Shown one piece after another: positions 30,562 through 40,986 of a DNA stretch of 64,000 bases. Under the pieces are notes generated by a model. It ran no database searches and had not been told where the DNA came from. It saw only the letters and a program-made list of their open reading frames with translations. The DNA is from Armatimonadota bacterium (GTDB lineage Bacteria; Armatimonadota; UBA5829; DTLH01), in assembly GCA_039680575.1 (NCBI GenBank), contig JBDKSP010000021.1, positions 29,430 through 93,429 of the forward strand, in the 5' to 3' direction. Both the position numbers and the translations under genes were made by a program. The stretch's first letter is position 1, and every line of letters starts with the position of its first letter.

Positions 30562-31470
30562 GTGAGTGTACTTTCGACTGTATCCGCCGTATTTCTGCTT
30601 CTGCTTGTAGGTTATGGAGCCAGGAAACTGGGAGTCCTTAAAAGCAGTGATACGGCGGTTGTTAATTCAATAGTGATAAACCTCACCGGGCCCGCGTTTG
30701 CGTTCTCGGCGTTATATGGCAAGCCGCTGACGCTCCAGATGATCGGAGCGCCGATGGTTATAATTATATCGTCGATGCTGGTGATGGGACTTGCATACAT
30801 TGCGGGCGTAATATTGCACCTGGACCGTAAAACCACAGGTGCGATTATGCTCGTTTCGGCATTTGGAAACACGGGTTTTCTTGGCTATCCGGTCACGATG
30901 GCTGCATTTCCGAAAAGCGGAGATGCAATAGCGACTGCGGTCATGTGTGACCAGTTCGGAATGGCTCTTCCGCTTTATTCAATAGGAGTGGTTGTAGCCG
31001 CCTCTTTTGCCGCCGCGAAGACAAACCGAGCTCAAATACTCGAATTTATGAAAGCGCCTCTTTTACCGGCTACGATTATCGCGATCCTGCTCAGGCCGGT
31101 GCATCTTCCACAGCCGATCGTTTCGTCGTTGACTATCCTTGGGCAGGCCACAGTACCGCTTGCGATGCTTTCTCTCGGACTGTCGCTTTCGAAGTCATCA
31201 CTTAAGACAGCCACAGTACCGTTTACGGTAGGAATAGTCTTGAAGATGGTTGCGGTCCCGATTATTACGTTTCTAGGCCTCAAACTGGTGGGGATAGATG
31301 GAGTTGTGCGGAATGTTACAGTGTTGGAGTCCTCGATGCCTGCAGCGGTTATGACCGGGGTGATAGCAGGACGGTACAACACGAATGGCGCCTTCGTCTC
31401 CGCTGCGATCTTTCTTATGACGCTTGCCTCCATAATCACAATACCGGTTATCCTTATGCTGCTGGGGTAA
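30562..31470 (+). CDS. AEC (auxin efflux carrier)-family transporter
   Basis: FGNTGFLGYP, PLAMLSLG, SSMPAA and about 10 TMs. Start uncertain (ORF track gives 30526). GTG 30562 lies just after a TTGCTT-N17-TATCCT promoter-like motif. Confidence 0.88.
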   Translation: MSVLSTVSAVFLLLLVGYGARKLGVLKSSDTAVVNSIVINLTGPAFAFSALYGKPLTLQMIGAPMVIIISSMLVMGLAYIAGVILHLDRKTTGAIMLVSAFGNTGFLGYPVTMAAFPKSGDAIATAVMCDQFGMALPLYSIGVVVAASFAAAKTNRAQILEFMKAPLLPATIIAILLRPVHLPQPIVSSLTILGQATVPLAMLSLGLSLSKSSLKTATVPFTVGIVLKMVAVPIITFLGLKLVGIDGVVRNVTVLESSMPAAVMTGVIAGRYNTNGAFVSAAIFLMTLASIITIPVILMLLG

Positions 31471-31557
31471 TATTCCGCAAACGCCTTTACAGCCCCAGAT
31501 TTAGCTGTTAAACTGACCCGGATAATATATTTCAACAAACAATTTCGAGGAGATCGG

Positions 31558-32691
31558 ATGAATCAGAGAGAACGATGGCTGGCAACGATGCATTTTCAGC
31601 CGGTGGACCATGTGCCGGATGAAGAATTCGGTTACTGGAGTGAGACATTTCCTTTATGGCATGCACAGGGACTCCCGGAATATATAAACGACAACTGGAA
31701 GGCCGATATCTACTTTGGTTTCGAGACCAGGCTAGATGTGCCTGTGAATCTGGGCATAATACCAGGGTTTGAATACAAAGTGCTGGAGGAAGATGACCGG
31801 CATAAGACTATTCTCGACTATGACGGAGTAACGAAGGTAGTCGGTAAGTCCGGACACTCGTCCATTCCAAAATTTCTCAAATTCCCCATAGAATCTCGTG
31901 CGGACTGGGATGAGTTCAAGAAACGGCTGGATTTATCGACATCCAGCCGATTTTTACAGGATAACGAATGGCAGGTTTGGAAATCAAAAGCTCAAGCATC
32001 GGATAAACCTGTCGGGATACCGATCGGCAGCCTGTTCGGCTGGATCCGAGATTGGATGGGGTTCGAGAACATATGCTATATGATTATGGACGACCCCGGA
32101 CTTATCCAGGATATTATGGAACACCTGACTAACTTCATCCTGACCCAGATTGAGAGGTCAGTAACGGAGATGAAGCTCGATTATGCAGCGATGTGGGAGG
32201 ACATGTGCTACAACCATGGCCCGATCCTACAGCCTAAGCACTTCGAGGAATGGATGGTCCCGAGGCTAAAGCGGATCACAAGCTTCCTGAAAGATCATGG
32301 CTGTGATGTAGTCTATGTAGACTGCGACGGCAACATCAATGAGCTGGTATCAATGTGGCTGGATGCCGGTGTGAACTGTATGTTTCCTCTGGAGATGCGT
32401 GGTGGTACCGATGCTGTGAAGCTGCGGGAGAAATACGGGCACAGGGTGCTGCTCGCCGGTGGAGTGGATAAAACGGCGCTTATCGCGGGTAAGGATGAGA
32501 TCAAGAAAGAGATTGCCCGGTTGAAACCGGTGGTGGATGACGGAGGGTTTATTCCTCATGTAGACCACCGCTGCCCACCGGATGTAACGTTCGAGAATTA
32601 CCTCTATTACCTGAAGCTCAAGAGGGATACATTCGGAATCCCAGAGCCGGAGCCCTGGGATTCACGTAAAGATAGATATAATTTTGCCTAA
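31558..32691 (+). CDS. Uroporphyrinogen decarboxylase-like (URO-D/CIMS superfamily) protein
   Basis: RDWMGFEN, WEDMCYNHGP, DCDGNI, GGVDK and GGFIPHVDH. Not the canonical HemE pattern. Confidence 0.82.
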   Translation: MNQRERWLATMHFQPVDHVPDEEFGYWSETFPLWHAQGLPEYINDNWKADIYFGFETRLDVPVNLGIIPGFEYKVLEEDDRHKTILDYDGVTKVVGKSGHSSIPKFLKFPIESRADWDEFKKRLDLSTSSRFLQDNEWQVWKSKAQASDKPVGIPIGSLFGWIRDWMGFENICYMIMDDPGLIQDIMEHLTNFILTQIERSVTEMKLDYAAMWEDMCYNHGPILQPKHFEEWMVPRLKRITSFLKDHGCDVVYVDCDGNINELVSMWLDAGVNCMFPLEMRGGTDAVKLREKYGHRVLLAGGVDKTALIAGKDEIKKEIARLKPVVDDGGFIPHVDHRCPPDVTFENYLYYLKLKRDTFGIPEPEPWDSRKDRYNFA

Positions 32692-32693
32692 CA

Positions 32694-33731
32694 TTAACCC
32701 TGTTTCTTAGGCGAAGCATTGAGCATAAGCCTGACGTCTTCAATCAACAGGTCAGCGACTGCGTTGATTTTTGCGTCGGGCTTTACTGTTTTTGGGACGG
32801 TTATTTCAAATAGAGCCGCAGCCGATTTGGAATATCCTGGGGTTTTGACATTGACCGGCGACAGCGCTTTTACAGCCCAGTCTTTTGGGACATCCAGACG
32901 GATTTTCCCGGTAACACTTCTATCCGTCCAGTTCGTCAATTTCGCTTTGATCTTAACCTTGGCACCGGGGGAGATAGCCCCGGATGTTGTCAGATCGAAG
33001 TCGACAGTCGTTATATACGAGAGTGTATCATAGCGCAGGACCGCATTCCTGGTGTTTTTCTGGACATCACCTCGAATAATCTGTACTGCCTGGCCGAGAT
33101 GCTTAGCAGATTTGGGAAAGTCCGGCGGCTTATTGAATACATATCGCCCGCCGGGAAGCGAGAATGATGTTCCTGTAGGAACGATTATGATTGTAGTAGT
33201 ACGAATAAGATTATCGCCTCTTTCTATACTATCTACCCAATCTGCAACGGCTTGCATAACCGCCTGACAGCGTGATGTTTCGGCGTCCGAAGAGGGACAT
33301 GCTTTGGCGCCTGCAGCAGCTTTTGCCTTTAGGCGGGTGTAATAGTCTCTGAGCGCCGGTGGAATATCAGAGCTCGAAAATGAGATGGGTATACCTGCTT
33401 CGAGCTGGTATTTATTCTTCGTGCCCGCCAGATTACCGTCTATATAGAGGTCATACTCCGGTTCAGTAAGGCCAAGAATGCGTACGGTAATCTTTCTAGG
33501 CTCATAGAGGTCATTGACCATCGCAAAGTATGAAGTCTGACTGGGTGATCCGTTAACCGGTTTCAGTGTTATATTTTTGGCGGTTCCATCTAGCCATTTA
33601 GCCTGTTTATCCTTGAGTTTATCAAAATGGACTATGGCGACTTCTTTTTTGGTTGAAGGCTGCACGACTGCAGCCATTGCTGTGGACACACATATCAATG
33701 CAACTAAAGCGATGCAGAACACCCTTGTCAT
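32694..33731 (-). CDS. Secreted hypothetical protein with a C-terminal NEW3-like Ig domain
   Basis: Signal peptide and the pattern LTN...GKIRLDVPKDW...FEITVP. Confidence 0.65.
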   Translation of the reverse strand: MTRVFCIALVALICVSTAMAAVVQPSTKKEVAIVHFDKLKDKQAKWLDGTAKNITLKPVNGSPSQTSYFAMVNDLYEPRKITVRILGLTEPEYDLYIDGNLAGTKNKYQLEAGIPISFSSSDIPPALRDYYTRLKAKAAAGAKACPSSDAETSRCQAVMQAVADWVDSIERGDNLIRTTTIIIVPTGTSFSLPGGRYVFNKPPDFPKSAKHLGQAVQIIRGDVQKNTRNAVLRYDTLSYITTVDFDLTTSGAISPGAKVKIKAKLTNWTDRSVTGKIRLDVPKDWAVKALSPVNVKTPGYSKSAAALFEITVPKTVKPDAKINAVADLLIEDVRLMLNASPKKQG

Positions 33732-33865
33732 ATCAGAATGTTTTCCTCCGGGATAAGTTGATATCTTATAATATTATCGGACTGATCACTACTATTACTA
33801 TTACTGGTAATTATACCTGAACATAAGGCGGATTGGAAAAGAGGGCAGGGGAGCGGCTGGTTAAG

Positions 33866-33900
33866 TGAAGGGATGAAGGCGCGAGCCCCTCATCCCTTCA
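33866..33900. terminator. Hairpin downstream of the E1 gene
   Basis: TGAAGGGATGA...TCATCCCTTCA. Confidence 0.55.
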
Positions 33901-33909
33901 TAAAAAGTC

Positions 33910-36141
33910 CTATTTCTGGACCATTGCTTTCACTGTGGAGACGATATCGTTTCTTGTCGGAACGACCGCATCCTCCAAAGGCTCGCTCATCGGAACCGGG
34001 CAGTCCTTACCGGAGAGCATCACGGGCTGAGCATCCAGCCAGTCGAATCCTGTGGTTCCGTCATCGAATTTATATTCAATGAGTTGTCTCACGATCTCGG
34101 CTCCGACGCCGCATCTCGGATAACCTTCGGATACGGTTATGAGTTTTCCGGTCTTTCGCACCGATTCGGCGATTGTCTTGATGTCGAGCGGGTTCAGCGT
34201 CCTCGGGTCGATAACTTCTATATCATAACCGTCTTTTTCAAGTTCCAGAGCGGCATCCATCGCAAAGTGGAGGAGTCTGGAGTAGGCTACTACAGTTATG
34301 TCCTTGCCTGGGCGTTTGATATCGGCAACACCGAGCGGGATTATATAATCACCATCCGGTACCGGGCCCATAGCCCCTGAATAAAGGACCTTGTGCTCGA
34401 TATAGAGGACAGGGTTGTCGTCTCTGATAGCAGCTTTCAAGAGTCCTTTTGCGTCATACGGCGTGGAGGGCATCACAATGTAGATTCCCGGCACGTTCAT
34501 AAACATCGCTTCGAGGCTTTCCGAGTGGTGGGCTGCTATACTTCGTCCGACGCCGCCTTCGGTCCTGACTACACACGGCACTTTTGTTTTTCCACCGAAC
34601 ATATACCTGTTGTAACCGACATTGTGGATTAGCTGGTCGGAGGAAATGGTCAGGAAGTCGATATACATGATCTCGGCTATCGGCCTGGCGCCCCGCATTG
34701 CGGCTCCACCGGCTGCGCCGACGATAGCAGCTTCGGAAATTGCTGTATCGATGACTCTTCTTGGCCCGAACTCGTCCATCAACCCTCTGGTCGCCGCGTA
34801 TGCGCCGCCGTAGAGCCCTACATCCTCACCCAGGATAAAGACTGTCTCATCACGCTGCATCTCTTCACGCTGGGCTTCGAGAATAGCTTGTCCGAAGTTT
34901 ATAACTCGCATACCATGCTTGGCTTCTATAGCCTTCGATTGATCGGCTTTCAGCTTCGGTATGGCAGCTTTGGGAGCGCCGCCGGCTGCTTCTCGTGCGA
35001 TTTTGCGGATTTCGTCCTCGACCTGGTGTATCTTCGGCAGGACTTTTGCTTCAGCGGTTTTCTCAGACTCCAGCTTTGCTGTGTCGACCGGCACATAGAC
35101 ATCGTCCATCAGCTCGGAAACGTGAGGGTAGGGGCTGTCGAGTGCAAACTTGGTGGCGTTCTCGATGGTTGCTTCTGCCTTATCGCGAACTGCATCCAAT
35201 TCTTTCTCGGTCGCCATTCCGAGATCGGTCAGCTTATCCCGAAGGACAATGATCGGGTCTCGTTTTTTCCACTCTGCTTCTTCTTCGCGAGTCCTGTAGA
35301 TTCTCTGATCGCTGGAGGAGTGACCATACCACCTGTATGTCTTGAGTTCGACAAGGGTGGGTCCGTCGCCGCGGCGGGCTCGCTCGACAGCTTTGGAGAC
35401 CGCTTTCTTGACCTCGAGCACATCCATGCCGTCAGCTGACACTCCGGGCATACCATAGGCGGCTGCGCGCTCGGAAATATCGCTTATCATGCTGGCTTGT
35501 CCTGCGCATTCGACAGTTCTTTGGTTGAATGGGACTGACATGCCGTAAAGATTGTTTTCGCAGATGTAGACTACAGGAAGTCCACAGAAGAGGGTGCTTC
35601 CCATATTGAGTGCTTCATGGAATGAACCGGTGTTGGTGGAACCGTCACCGAAGAAACAGAGAGTGACTGCTCCGCTGCCCTTCAGTGATTCCGCAAGGGC
35701 TGCTCCCGTGGCAACAGGTATGTTGCCACCGACGATACCTGTGGATCCGAGGTTGCCTTTCTGGACATCGGCGATATGCATCGATCCGCCACGGCCTTTA
35801 CAGTAGCCCGTGGACTTGCCCATCAGCTCGGACATCATCTTGTTCCAGTGCTCCTGACGGGCTTCTTCGGTTTTTGCGTGCTTGTTGCCGATTGCTCCGC
35901 AGTGGCCATGGCCTCTGTGCGTACTCGCTATGAGGTCGCGGTCTTCAATAGCTGCTACAGCGCCGACTGCAGCGGCTTCTTCACCTGCATAGAGGTGGGA
36001 CGCACCTTTGATGGTCCCTTCTCTCAGCAGGCTGTAGACTTTGTCTTCAAAAAATCTGATTTCGTAAATAGACCTGAGATAATCGAGCAGTTCTGCTTTG
36101 CTCTCCTTCACAGTCGTAGAGGATCGTTCCTTGGTTGCCAT
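33910..36141 (-). CDS. 2-oxoacid/acetoin dehydrogenase E1, fused alpha+beta subunits
   Basis: Alpha motifs HRGHGH, GRGGSMH and FFGDG...ENN. Beta motifs GEDVG, DTAISE and EVIDPRTLNPLD. Confidence 0.93.
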   Translation of the reverse strand: MATKERSSTTVKESKAELLDYLRSIYEIRFFEDKVYSLLREGTIKGASHLYAGEEAAAVGAVAAIEDRDLIASTHRGHGHCGAIGNKHAKTEEARQEHWNKMMSELMGKSTGYCKGRGGSMHIADVQKGNLGSTGIVGGNIPVATGAALAESLKGSGAVTLCFFGDGSTNTGSFHEALNMGSTLFCGLPVVYICENNLYGMSVPFNQRTVECAGQASMISDISERAAAYGMPGVSADGMDVLEVKKAVSKAVERARRGDGPTLVELKTYRWYGHSSSDQRIYRTREEEAEWKKRDPIIVLRDKLTDLGMATEKELDAVRDKAEATIENATKFALDSPYPHVSELMDDVYVPVDTAKLESEKTAEAKVLPKIHQVEDEIRKIAREAAGGAPKAAIPKLKADQSKAIEAKHGMRVINFGQAILEAQREEMQRDETVFILGEDVGLYGGAYAATRGLMDEFGPRRVIDTAISEAAIVGAAGGAAMRGARPIAEIMYIDFLTISSDQLIHNVGYNRYMFGGKTKVPCVVRTEGGVGRSIAAHHSESLEAMFMNVPGIYIVMPSTPYDAKGLLKAAIRDDNPVLYIEHKVLYSGAMGPVPDGDYIIPLGVADIKRPGKDITVVAYSRLLHFAMDAALELEKDGYDIEVIDPRTLNPLDIKTIAESVRKTGKLITVSEGYPRCGVGAEIVRQLIEYKFDDGTTGFDWLDAQPVMLSGKDCPVPMSEPLEDAVVPTRNDIVSTVKAMVQK

Positions 36142-36372
36142 GAGAATCTCCTGTTAAATTGCAACGCCGGAAGGCGGTTGCCATACATTAATCTTATTTT
36201 AGCCCTAATACATGTGCCAGTCAACCGAAGGTCAAACAAAAATGAATTCAAACCTCCTGTTCATCCACCGTTCCAGCGATGGAAAATAATGGCCGTTTGA
36301 TGAGTATGGGTATACTCCAAAAGAAATAAAAAGCGAAGTTGGATGTGATCAGAGTGACAAAGGAGGTGTACG

Positions 36373-38136
36373 GTGAATCGCAATAATGGGAATACTGATG
36401 ATAGACAGGCGGAGATAGAAAAACAGGGGGTTCCCGAGCCTGTTATGGCATTCGTTCACCAAAGTCCGATCAGTATGTGGGTTACGGACTCCAACGGCAC
36501 GCTGGTCACTGAGAATGAGGCGAGCAGGCAGTTATTCAGGCTCTCGGGTGATGATACACTTGTTGGAAATTACAATATTTTTAAAGACGATGAAATTATC
36601 AATCAAGGATACGCACCTCGGATAAGGCGCGTCTTCGAAGAAGGAATATCCACTCATTTCGTAATAGATTATCAGTTCTCATACGTTAGGCGCATTCTGC
36701 ATGTGAATCCGACACATCTTGCTCTTCGTGTCTTCATTTTCGTTGCGAAAGACATATCAGGTGGAGTCGGGTATGCAATCGTTCAGCACGAGGATTACAC
36801 GGAGCAATGGCGGATAGACAAGTCGCTGGCCGAGTCTGAAGCCCATTATCGAAATATTGTCGAGCATATATCTGATTGGGTGTGGGTGATAGACACAGAT
36901 GGAAGACTGCTTTATTCCAACCCCGTTGCGGAGACTCTGATCGGGCGGCGGACGGATTATATTCTTGGCAGATGCATAGTTGATTTCGTCGCAGAGCAGA
37001 CTCGTGACAAAGTCCGGCAAGCGCTTAATGAAGCTATCCGTGCAAAAAAGAGAATAAACCATATGACAATGCAGATTGTGAGCACGGATGGATCAACGAG
37101 CTATCTTGAAGCGCGTGGGGAACCCATATTCGATCAGCGGGACAATCTGATCGGTTATCGCGGAATTGCCATAGACATGACTGAACGTCATTTAGCGGAG
37201 GAGGCTATCCGAAGGTCCGAAGAAAGGTTTCACACTATATTCGATCACGTACCCGCTGCAATATTCGTGTATGACCGGGACGGGGTAATTCTGCAGGCCA
37301 ACGCTGCATGTGAGCAGGTCTATGGTATATTGCAGGAGCATTTGGTTGGGAGGTCCATGATAGGCGCTGTTGCCAGAAGCGAAGAAATCGAGAGAGTGAA
37401 GGAAATTCTTGGAAGGGTCTTTTCCGGCGAGACTGTGAAGGGCGAAGAGTGGGAAATAGAACGCCCTGATGGGTCAGCGGCACTTGTTTCGGCTAATACG
37501 GCACCTCTCTACGACGAATCAGGCAATGTTGTATCGGGTATCGGCTTGAATATCGACATCACAGAGCGCACGCTGCAGGAACAGAGGAGACTGGAACTGG
37601 AGAAGAACAAACGTGATTTCTATCGCTCCACGATTCTCGCTGCAACCGGTGGTAAGCTGGTTGTCACCGATCATGAAGAGATAGAGAAGATGGCGGGACC
37701 AAGTTTGGCTTCATGGTCTATTACCGAACCGGAGGAGGTTAGGACAGTACGGCATGGTGTCGCTGATGTCGCAAGATCAGCAGGAATGGATGAGCCTAAA
37801 ATAGAAGACCTCGTTCTCTGTGTGGGGGAGCTTATGACAAATACCATAAAACATGCAGGTGGAGGTGATGCATCCATTCATCAGTTGCCGGATGCTCTGC
37901 TTTTTGTATGCAGGGACCATGGCCCTGGGATTGAAACGATGGTTTTGCCTCAAGTGACGCTGGAAAAGGGGTATTCAACAGCTCATTCTCTTGGAATGGG
38001 CTATAAGGAAGTTATCCAGATCGGAGACAAGGTCAGCCTTGCCACGGATCCGAGGGGTACAACCGTTGCAGTCGAGATGAAACTGAAACATGAGCAAGTG
38101 TCTTCTGAAGCACAGGCGCTGCTCGACAGATGGTAG
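36373..38136 (+). CDS. PAS-domain protein with a C-terminal RsbT-like Ser/Thr kinase (anti-sigma GHKL) domain
   Basis: Three PAS-like segments, then ELMTNTIKHAGGG, DHGPGI and GYSTAHSLGMG. No HisKA H-box. Confidence 0.82.
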   Translation: MNRNNGNTDDRQAEIEKQGVPEPVMAFVHQSPISMWVTDSNGTLVTENEASRQLFRLSGDDTLVGNYNIFKDDEIINQGYAPRIRRVFEEGISTHFVIDYQFSYVRRILHVNPTHLALRVFIFVAKDISGGVGYAIVQHEDYTEQWRIDKSLAESEAHYRNIVEHISDWVWVIDTDGRLLYSNPVAETLIGRRTDYILGRCIVDFVAEQTRDKVRQALNEAIRAKKRINHMTMQIVSTDGSTSYLEARGEPIFDQRDNLIGYRGIAIDMTERHLAEEAIRRSEERFHTIFDHVPAAIFVYDRDGVILQANAACEQVYGILQEHLVGRSMIGAVARSEEIERVKEILGRVFSGETVKGEEWEIERPDGSAALVSANTAPLYDESGNVVSGIGLNIDITERTLQEQRRLELEKNKRDFYRSTILAATGGKLVVTDHEEIEKMAGPSLASWSITEPEEVRTVRHGVADVARSAGMDEPKIEDLVLCVGELMTNTIKHAGGGDASIHQLPDALLFVCRDHGPGIETMVLPQVTLEKGYSTAHSLGMGYKEVIQIGDKVSLATDPRGTTVAVEMKLKHEQVSSEAQALLDRW

Positions 38137-38186
38137 AGAGATAGAGGAGTAACCTAACAAATGACTAAGCGCCCCTTTCACGCGCC

Positions 38187-38215
38187 TTGACACGGTTCCG
38201 GGTCGATGGTAGGAT
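38187..38215 (+). promoter_or_regulatory. Sigma70-type promoter of the hrcA operon
   Basis: TTGACA-N17-TAGGAT with an extended TG. Confidence 0.7.
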
Positions 38216-38261
38216 GAAACTTGGAAATTAAGCTTTCCGACAGAAACCTGCAGGTAATAGA

Positions 38262-39323
38262 ATGGGTGCGCACTTCGAATCATTGGATGATAGAAAGCGG
38301 AAAATTCTCAAAGCGGTAGTACACGAGCATGTAGAGACTGCCGAGCCCGTTGCATCGGAATCTTTGGTGCAGCATTATGACTTCGGCGTCAGGTCTGCTA
38401 CTATCCGCAACGAAATGGCTGAGATGGCGGATATGGGCTATCTCCGGCAACCGCACACATCCGCGGGACGGATCCCATCGGATTTGGGCTACCGGTTCTA
38501 TGTAGACCAGTTGATGGATGCTCCGCATCTGCCAAAGAGCGATGCAGTTAAAGCAAAAGAGAGCCTCGCTTCTGCCGCTGCTGAGTTCGATCGTGCCGTC
38601 AGCCAGACCTGCCGTATTCTCACGGGGCTTACGCGCTACACATCTATCGCCACCCAGATAGTAGGCAGGGAGACGATTATCCGTCATATCAGCCTTTCCA
38701 GGATTACAGGCCGAAAACTGCTCCTTGTCGTCGTGCTCTCGGATGGACGTGTGGAACACAGGATCGTCGATCCGGGTATTCCGGTGCAGGACAGAGATGT
38801 AATCCATGCTTCGAACCTGTTTTCAGCGCATTTCTGCACAGCAAGCATCGAGACAGTGCTTTCAGTCGGTGATAGCGATTTTCCACAGCCTGTATCGCAG
38901 TCCGCCAGCGCAATCTATACAAAAGCGAAAGATGTTCTCAAGGATTTGGCTGAATCCTTGTCTTTTTCTGAGGCCAGTGTTCATATAGAAGGAACAAACT
39001 ATATCCTGTCTCAACCCGAATTTCAAGATGTGCTCAGACTTACATCGATACTTTCAGCGCTCGAAGAGCGGACACGGCTCTACCAGCTTCTTTCCAGGCT
39101 GGTCCTCGGTCCTGATGTAACGGTAATCGTAGGCGCGGAGAACCCCTACAACGAAATGCAGGATACCAGCTTTGTCGCCGCAAGCTACAAGATCGGTGAC
39201 AAGGTTGTCGGTACTATCGGGGTCATGGGACCGACTAGGATGAACTATCGGCGCGCAGTAGCAGCTGTTGAAATTATGGCAAGAAACTTGAGCAATTTGC
39301 TCACCGATTTGAGCTTAAGTTAA
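38262..39323 (+). CDS. hrcA: Heat-inducible transcription repressor
   Basis: Motifs SATIRNEMA, QPHTSAGRIPSDLGYRFYVD and GVMGPTRMNY. Confidence 0.96.
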   Translation: MGAHFESLDDRKRKILKAVVHEHVETAEPVASESLVQHYDFGVRSATIRNEMAEMADMGYLRQPHTSAGRIPSDLGYRFYVDQLMDAPHLPKSDAVKAKESLASAAAEFDRAVSQTCRILTGLTRYTSIATQIVGRETIIRHISLSRITGRKLLLVVVLSDGRVEHRIVDPGIPVQDRDVIHASNLFSAHFCTASIETVLSVGDSDFPQPVSQSASAIYTKAKDVLKDLAESLSFSEASVHIEGTNYILSQPEFQDVLRLTSILSALEERTRLYQLLSRLVLGPDVTVIVGAENPYNEMQDTSFVAASYKIGDKVVGTIGVMGPTRMNYRRAVAAVEIMARNLSNLLTDLSLS

Positions 39324-39400
39324 CTTACTTTAATATAAGTTTTCAGACGTAATTGTTGGGTGTTGGTTCACGGCACCCAATACTTTTTGTGAGAGGTACA

Positions 39401-40975
39401 ATGACGGATAACGTAAAGCAGGTTAGTAAAGGTGCGGAGGTCGATGAGCGTCTTGCCGCGCTTCTTGCAAACGCCGGAGCGATAAAGACTGTTGCTTCCG
39501 CTGTCGAAGGGACTATCGGGCCAAAAGGGCTGAACTGTATGCTTGTCGACAGGTTCGGCGATGTCATTATCACCAACGACGGAAGCGCAATACTCGATAA
39601 AATAGATGTGACCCATCCGGCTTCCCGGATGCTCATCAACACTGCGAAGGCACAGGATGATGAGGTCGGTGACGGCACTACCACCGCTACGTTACTCGCA
39701 AGCGCGCTTGTGACCGAAGGAGCGAACCATGTCGCCCGGGGCGTGCCTGTAACTAAGGTTATCGACGGGCTGCAGCTTGGTGTCTCTTCGGCGCTCTCTT
39801 TCATCAGGAGCCAGGCAAAGCAGATCGAAGGGTTCGACGACGAATGGCTCATCAAGACCGCGCAAGTCTCTGCGAGAGGACAGGAAGACCTGGCTGAGCT
39901 TGCCGTAAGCGCCGCGAAACTCGTCGGGCGTGAAAAGCTCTCTGAACCTGCATTCAAACTCTCGGATACCATCGTGGCAAAAGAAGGCGCGGAAAACGAG
40001 GTTTTTTCCGGGCTTGTCATCGATAAGGAACGGATTTCCAGACAGATGCCTTTCTCCATCGAAGATGTAAAGGTCCTTGTAGTCGATGATGCCATCGAGC
40101 CGGAGAAACTGGAGGAAGACGCGCTTGCTACTGAAGCAGGATTCTCCCGTTATATGGCACTCCAGTCAGAGTTTCATGCGAACCTTAAAAAGATAATCGA
40201 CCTCGGAGTCCGGTTTGTCGCGGCTGCAAAGTCTATAGATGACGCGGCAGAGGAGATATTTACGGATGCAGGAATACTCGCAGTCCGCAGGTTGTCTTCC
40301 AGGGATATAACCCGGCTGGCAGACCATACCGGGGCACGTCCGATTAAGCGGTCAGGGCTTAAAAAGGATGCTGCAGAGCTTGAAAAGTTTCTCGGCAAAT
40401 GCGACCGGGTATACGAAGATGAGCACCTGGGCCACATACGGGTAATCGGCGGCGAAGGAAAGCCCGCCGCGACGATTTTGGTCGGCGCATCGACACAGGA
40501 AGTCAAGGAAGAGCGTGACCGGATTGCGAAAGACGCGGCTTCGGCGGTCCAGGCTGCGATACTTAGCGGTGTAGTTCCAGGCGGAGGCTCAATTGAGCTT
40601 GCGGCCGCCCGCAAAGTCGGAGAACTCCGGCAGGAAGTCCGGGGAATGGCTGCCTACGGCGTAGATTGTGTCGCTGAGGCACTGAAACGGCCTCTTATGC
40701 AGATCGTGGCGAATGCAGGGTTCAATCCGCTTGAAAAAGTGGAAGATGCAATCGCCGCTCAGTCAAAAGACGGTAAATCATCGCTTGCCGTGGATTGCGA
40801 TACGGGCGAGGTCGTCGATATGTTCGAACTAGGCGTCATCGATCCTGCTCGTGTCAAGATTCACGCGCTAAAAGCAGCGGGTGAAGTCGCGGAGGCGGTG
40901 CTGAGGATAAATATAATCATCAGGAAACGTGAGGACGGCACGGGACAGAAACCCGATGGCCGTATGTCGGGGTGA
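39401..40975 (+). CDS. Thermosome-like (group III-type) chaperonin, TCP-1/cpn60 family
   Basis: GTIGPKGLNCMLVDRFGDVIITNDG, EVGDGTTT, VVPGGGSIE and GVIDPARVK. The pattern is thermosome-like rather than GroEL-like. Start at ATG after GAGAGG. Confidence 0.92.
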   Translation: MTDNVKQVSKGAEVDERLAALLANAGAIKTVASAVEGTIGPKGLNCMLVDRFGDVIITNDGSAILDKIDVTHPASRMLINTAKAQDDEVGDGTTTATLLASALVTEGANHVARGVPVTKVIDGLQLGVSSALSFIRSQAKQIEGFDDEWLIKTAQVSARGQEDLAELAVSAAKLVGREKLSEPAFKLSDTIVAKEGAENEVFSGLVIDKERISRQMPFSIEDVKVLVVDDAIEPEKLEEDALATEAGFSRYMALQSEFHANLKKIIDLGVRFVAAAKSIDDAAEEIFTDAGILAVRRLSSRDITRLADHTGARPIKRSGLKKDAAELEKFLGKCDRVYEDEHLGHIRVIGGEGKPAATILVGASTQEVKEERDRIAKDAASAVQAAILSGVVPGGGSIELAAARKVGELRQEVRGMAAYGVDCVAEALKRPLMQIVANAGFNPLEKVEDAIAAQSKDGKSSLAVDCDTGEVVDMFELGVIDPARVKIHALKAAGEVAEAVLRINIIIRKREDGTGQKPDGRMSG

Positions 40976-40986
40976 GGGAATATTAT

